Of a stretch of DNA of 64,000 nt, positions 61,826-64,000 are shown piece after piece (within the stretch, counting starts at the first letter, position 1; each line of letters starts with the position of its first letter). This DNA comes from Tubiluchus corallicola. Its lineage: Eukaryota > Animalia > Priapulida. The stretch lies in NCBI GenBank assembly GCA_030141605.1, contig JAQGDQ010000016.1, forward strand, positions 1-64,000, in the 5' to 3' direction. Under the pieces are notes generated by a model. The model worked only from the letters and a program-made list of their open reading frames with translations. It did not search any database and was not told the origin of the DNA. The position numbers and the translations under genes are program-made.

Positions 61826-64000
61826 TTACTCAAAGTCAAGTGCAAGTCCTGGCATGTCTTTGATTTTCTCATTGTAGATTTTGTCGAACATTTCGCTTTC
61901 AGCAACAGTGAAATAGTTTTTCCAGTCACCAATTTTGCCTGTAAAATTACGTAATCTGCTTTAGCTTAATTAAATTATTGAAGTGTTAAAAATAAATTAT
62001 TTAAAACGATTGTGATTATTGTTCAAAGTATGGAGCCCTGGTAGAGCCACGTTGAGAAAAATTATTAACTTGGGGCTACGAATTACTAATCATCGTGCAT
62101 AAAATACTAATTCGTGACCACAAATTATTAATCCGTGGGCACAAAATACTAATTCATGGCAACGAATTATTAATCAGCGTGCACAAAATTCTAAGCTGTG
62201 GCAAGGAATTATTAGCCCGTGTGCACAAAATACTAATTAATTCTTGGCCACGAATTACTAATCCGTGCATACGAAATACAATTTCATGGACATAAATTAT
62301 TAATCCGTATGCACGAGATACTAACTTGTGGCCGCGAGTTAGTAAGTTTTCTAAACGTGGCCCTTCGAGGGGTCCACATCAAAGTGAATGGATGTCTCAA
62401 AGATTCACTATGCGTTCAAGCAAGTTCGTGCATGCATTGTTAATAGCCTTTTGACCGTACCGCCATTGTTATGGCGACGAAACTAATGTAGAACGAAAGC
62501 CCAAAACCATGGCGCGGGCATGCTTTTTGCTATAGGCCTACGTAAAAGTCATTAATGATACATTAACTCAGGAATAACCAAAGGCGAAACCTTTTCTGAT
62601 GAAGTGCGATACATTCAAATCAACGTTAATTTCGTATGGATCTACAGAAGATTTCCCATCAGCTGGTCCAGACCAGTCGTCAACTATTGAGTCTATTTTA
62701 TTGTCAATGTATTTTCTCATTGCCTCAAAGCCCGTGGCTTCTGCTACTGTAACTGCTTCCTCGTTGGTTAAATCAATATCCAGGAATTTTGCTATGCGAC
62801 ACACAAACTTCTTTCTGTCCTGCAAAATTTGAGTCCGTATCAGTGAAGCCACAAGTGGACATATATATAACTGAAGTTCTGACCAATAAATAAATGTTTG
62901 GACAGATGGACATAGTAGAAAGAAATACTGTTTAACACTAGAAGGACTAGAATAGTTTACTACCTACAAGGACCTTATGCATAAATCATAAGTTATTTAT
63001 TTCACATAACACGTTTACAATAATTTTGTGTACAAAATGTAGGGAAATCGCATACAATGAACATAATACAATAACTTTCTACTGTTTCTAAACAAGAAAC
63101 GCCTCACGCTATGTTTGTCTATATAATATAAATGTAAATTCGTTGCGGGCAATCAAAAAGCAGGGCTTGTTAGATTGTTTCACCTTGTGAAAGTAAAAAA
63201 AGTGAAAATAAACTGAAAATTATTAGAAGAATCGTGTGATAAAGAAAAACATTTAGTCCATCAGAGTGGAACATGCCATGAATGAATGAATAAAGCAATC
63301 ATGGTTTTCATTCTTATACAAAAATAAATCGAGTAGCCTAATTATCAGTCGGATTTTATTGAAATTCAATGACACATCGAAAAATTGATTAATTTCATAA
63401 AAAATTGGATACATATAGTACAAGCATAATGACTCATCTATGGCAGACTTCGTACGACACCTGATGGCCTGACTGAGAACTCACAGTCAAGAAATCTTTT
63501 AGCTTGTAAGTCGTAATAAGACGTCGGAATGAGTTTGCTGATTTACATTCACACTTACTATAATTGTGATGTCAGTGCATTGTGAGAATTTACACTATAC
63601 AGTATGTATTCAATACATTACTATATTTTACAATGTACAGTATGTATTCAATGTACATTGAGATAATTTACATGTACAGTTATGTATTGACATAAATTGA
63701 TGCAAACGGTCATTCTGACGACTAGCCTATTTTTAACAAGGTTAAAATAACATTTCAGTCCTGAAATTCTGTACAATAGTAGTTGTCACTAAGCTAGGAA
63801 AAGTAATAAACAATAGGAACAAGTCTTCCAGAGATTCCATAGATATGTACAAAATAGAAAAAGTGCATTAATTGAGGCGTCCAGTCCTTCCAGTGTATAT
63901 ACTTTACATTTCAAATATCTTTATTGCAATTGTTTAATAATAAAAATTAGTTACCCTCACAACATCTTCATATTTGATAAACAGGATATTTTTGTCCTCT
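61826..64000 (-). CDS. Cytosolic sulfotransferase (SULT), last three exons; the 5' part lies outside the window
   Basis: Exons >64000-63955 ([15 protein letters not shown]), 62819-62591 ([18 protein letters not shown]...ATGFEAMRK...HFIRK) and 61938-61826 ([37 protein letters not shown]). Motifs YED, RKGxxGDWKNxFT and KxxxTVxxxE are present. Confidence 0.9.
62030..62379. mobile_element. MITE with internal ~21-bp tandem motifs, in a SULT intron
   Basis: Imperfect TIR TGGAGCCC...GCCACGTT / AACGTGGCCC...GGGTCCA, with internal repeats CACAAAATACTAATTCGTG / CACGAATTATTAATCCGTG. Confidence 0.65.

Noticed and set aside
61900-61930. Suspected frameshift in the SULT last exon
   Set aside because: Recounting gives TGG AAA AAC TAT, so the frame is intact.

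Overview
AT-rich, intron-containing eukaryotic DNA, most consistent with an invertebrate animal; it is not prokaryotic, and I found no CRISPR array, rRNA or intact tRNA. I assembled spliced gene models by eye from GT-AG junctions and frame continuity. In order they are: the last exon of a cytosolic sulfotransferase (+, 3310-3419); an LRAT/NC-domain gene (-, 4124-5650); an SLC16A2/A10 (MCT8/MCT10)-like transporter (+, 6644-18315, 8 exons); TIPIN (-, 21090-30505) with a very long repeat-containing tail; SMYD5 (+, 32426-55230, 11 exons), whose intron 4 holds an intronless class A GPCR and a frameshifted duplicate; and the 3' exons of a second sulfotransferase (-, 61826-64000). Introns contain many MITEs and transposon remnants (hAT, Tc1/mariner, Harbinger-like), a tRNA-derived SINE, LINE 3' ends and tandem repeats. 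The most unusual observations are: an 84-bp array that copies the transporter's exon-4 end plus its splice donor into 12 in-frame donors; the 67-aa SQ/SPxK repeats in TIPIN; the same-strand nested GPCR pair with transposon-borne AP-1 sites; and a MITE family carrying nuclear-receptor DR1 elements. All family assignments rest on recalled motifs, not database searches.
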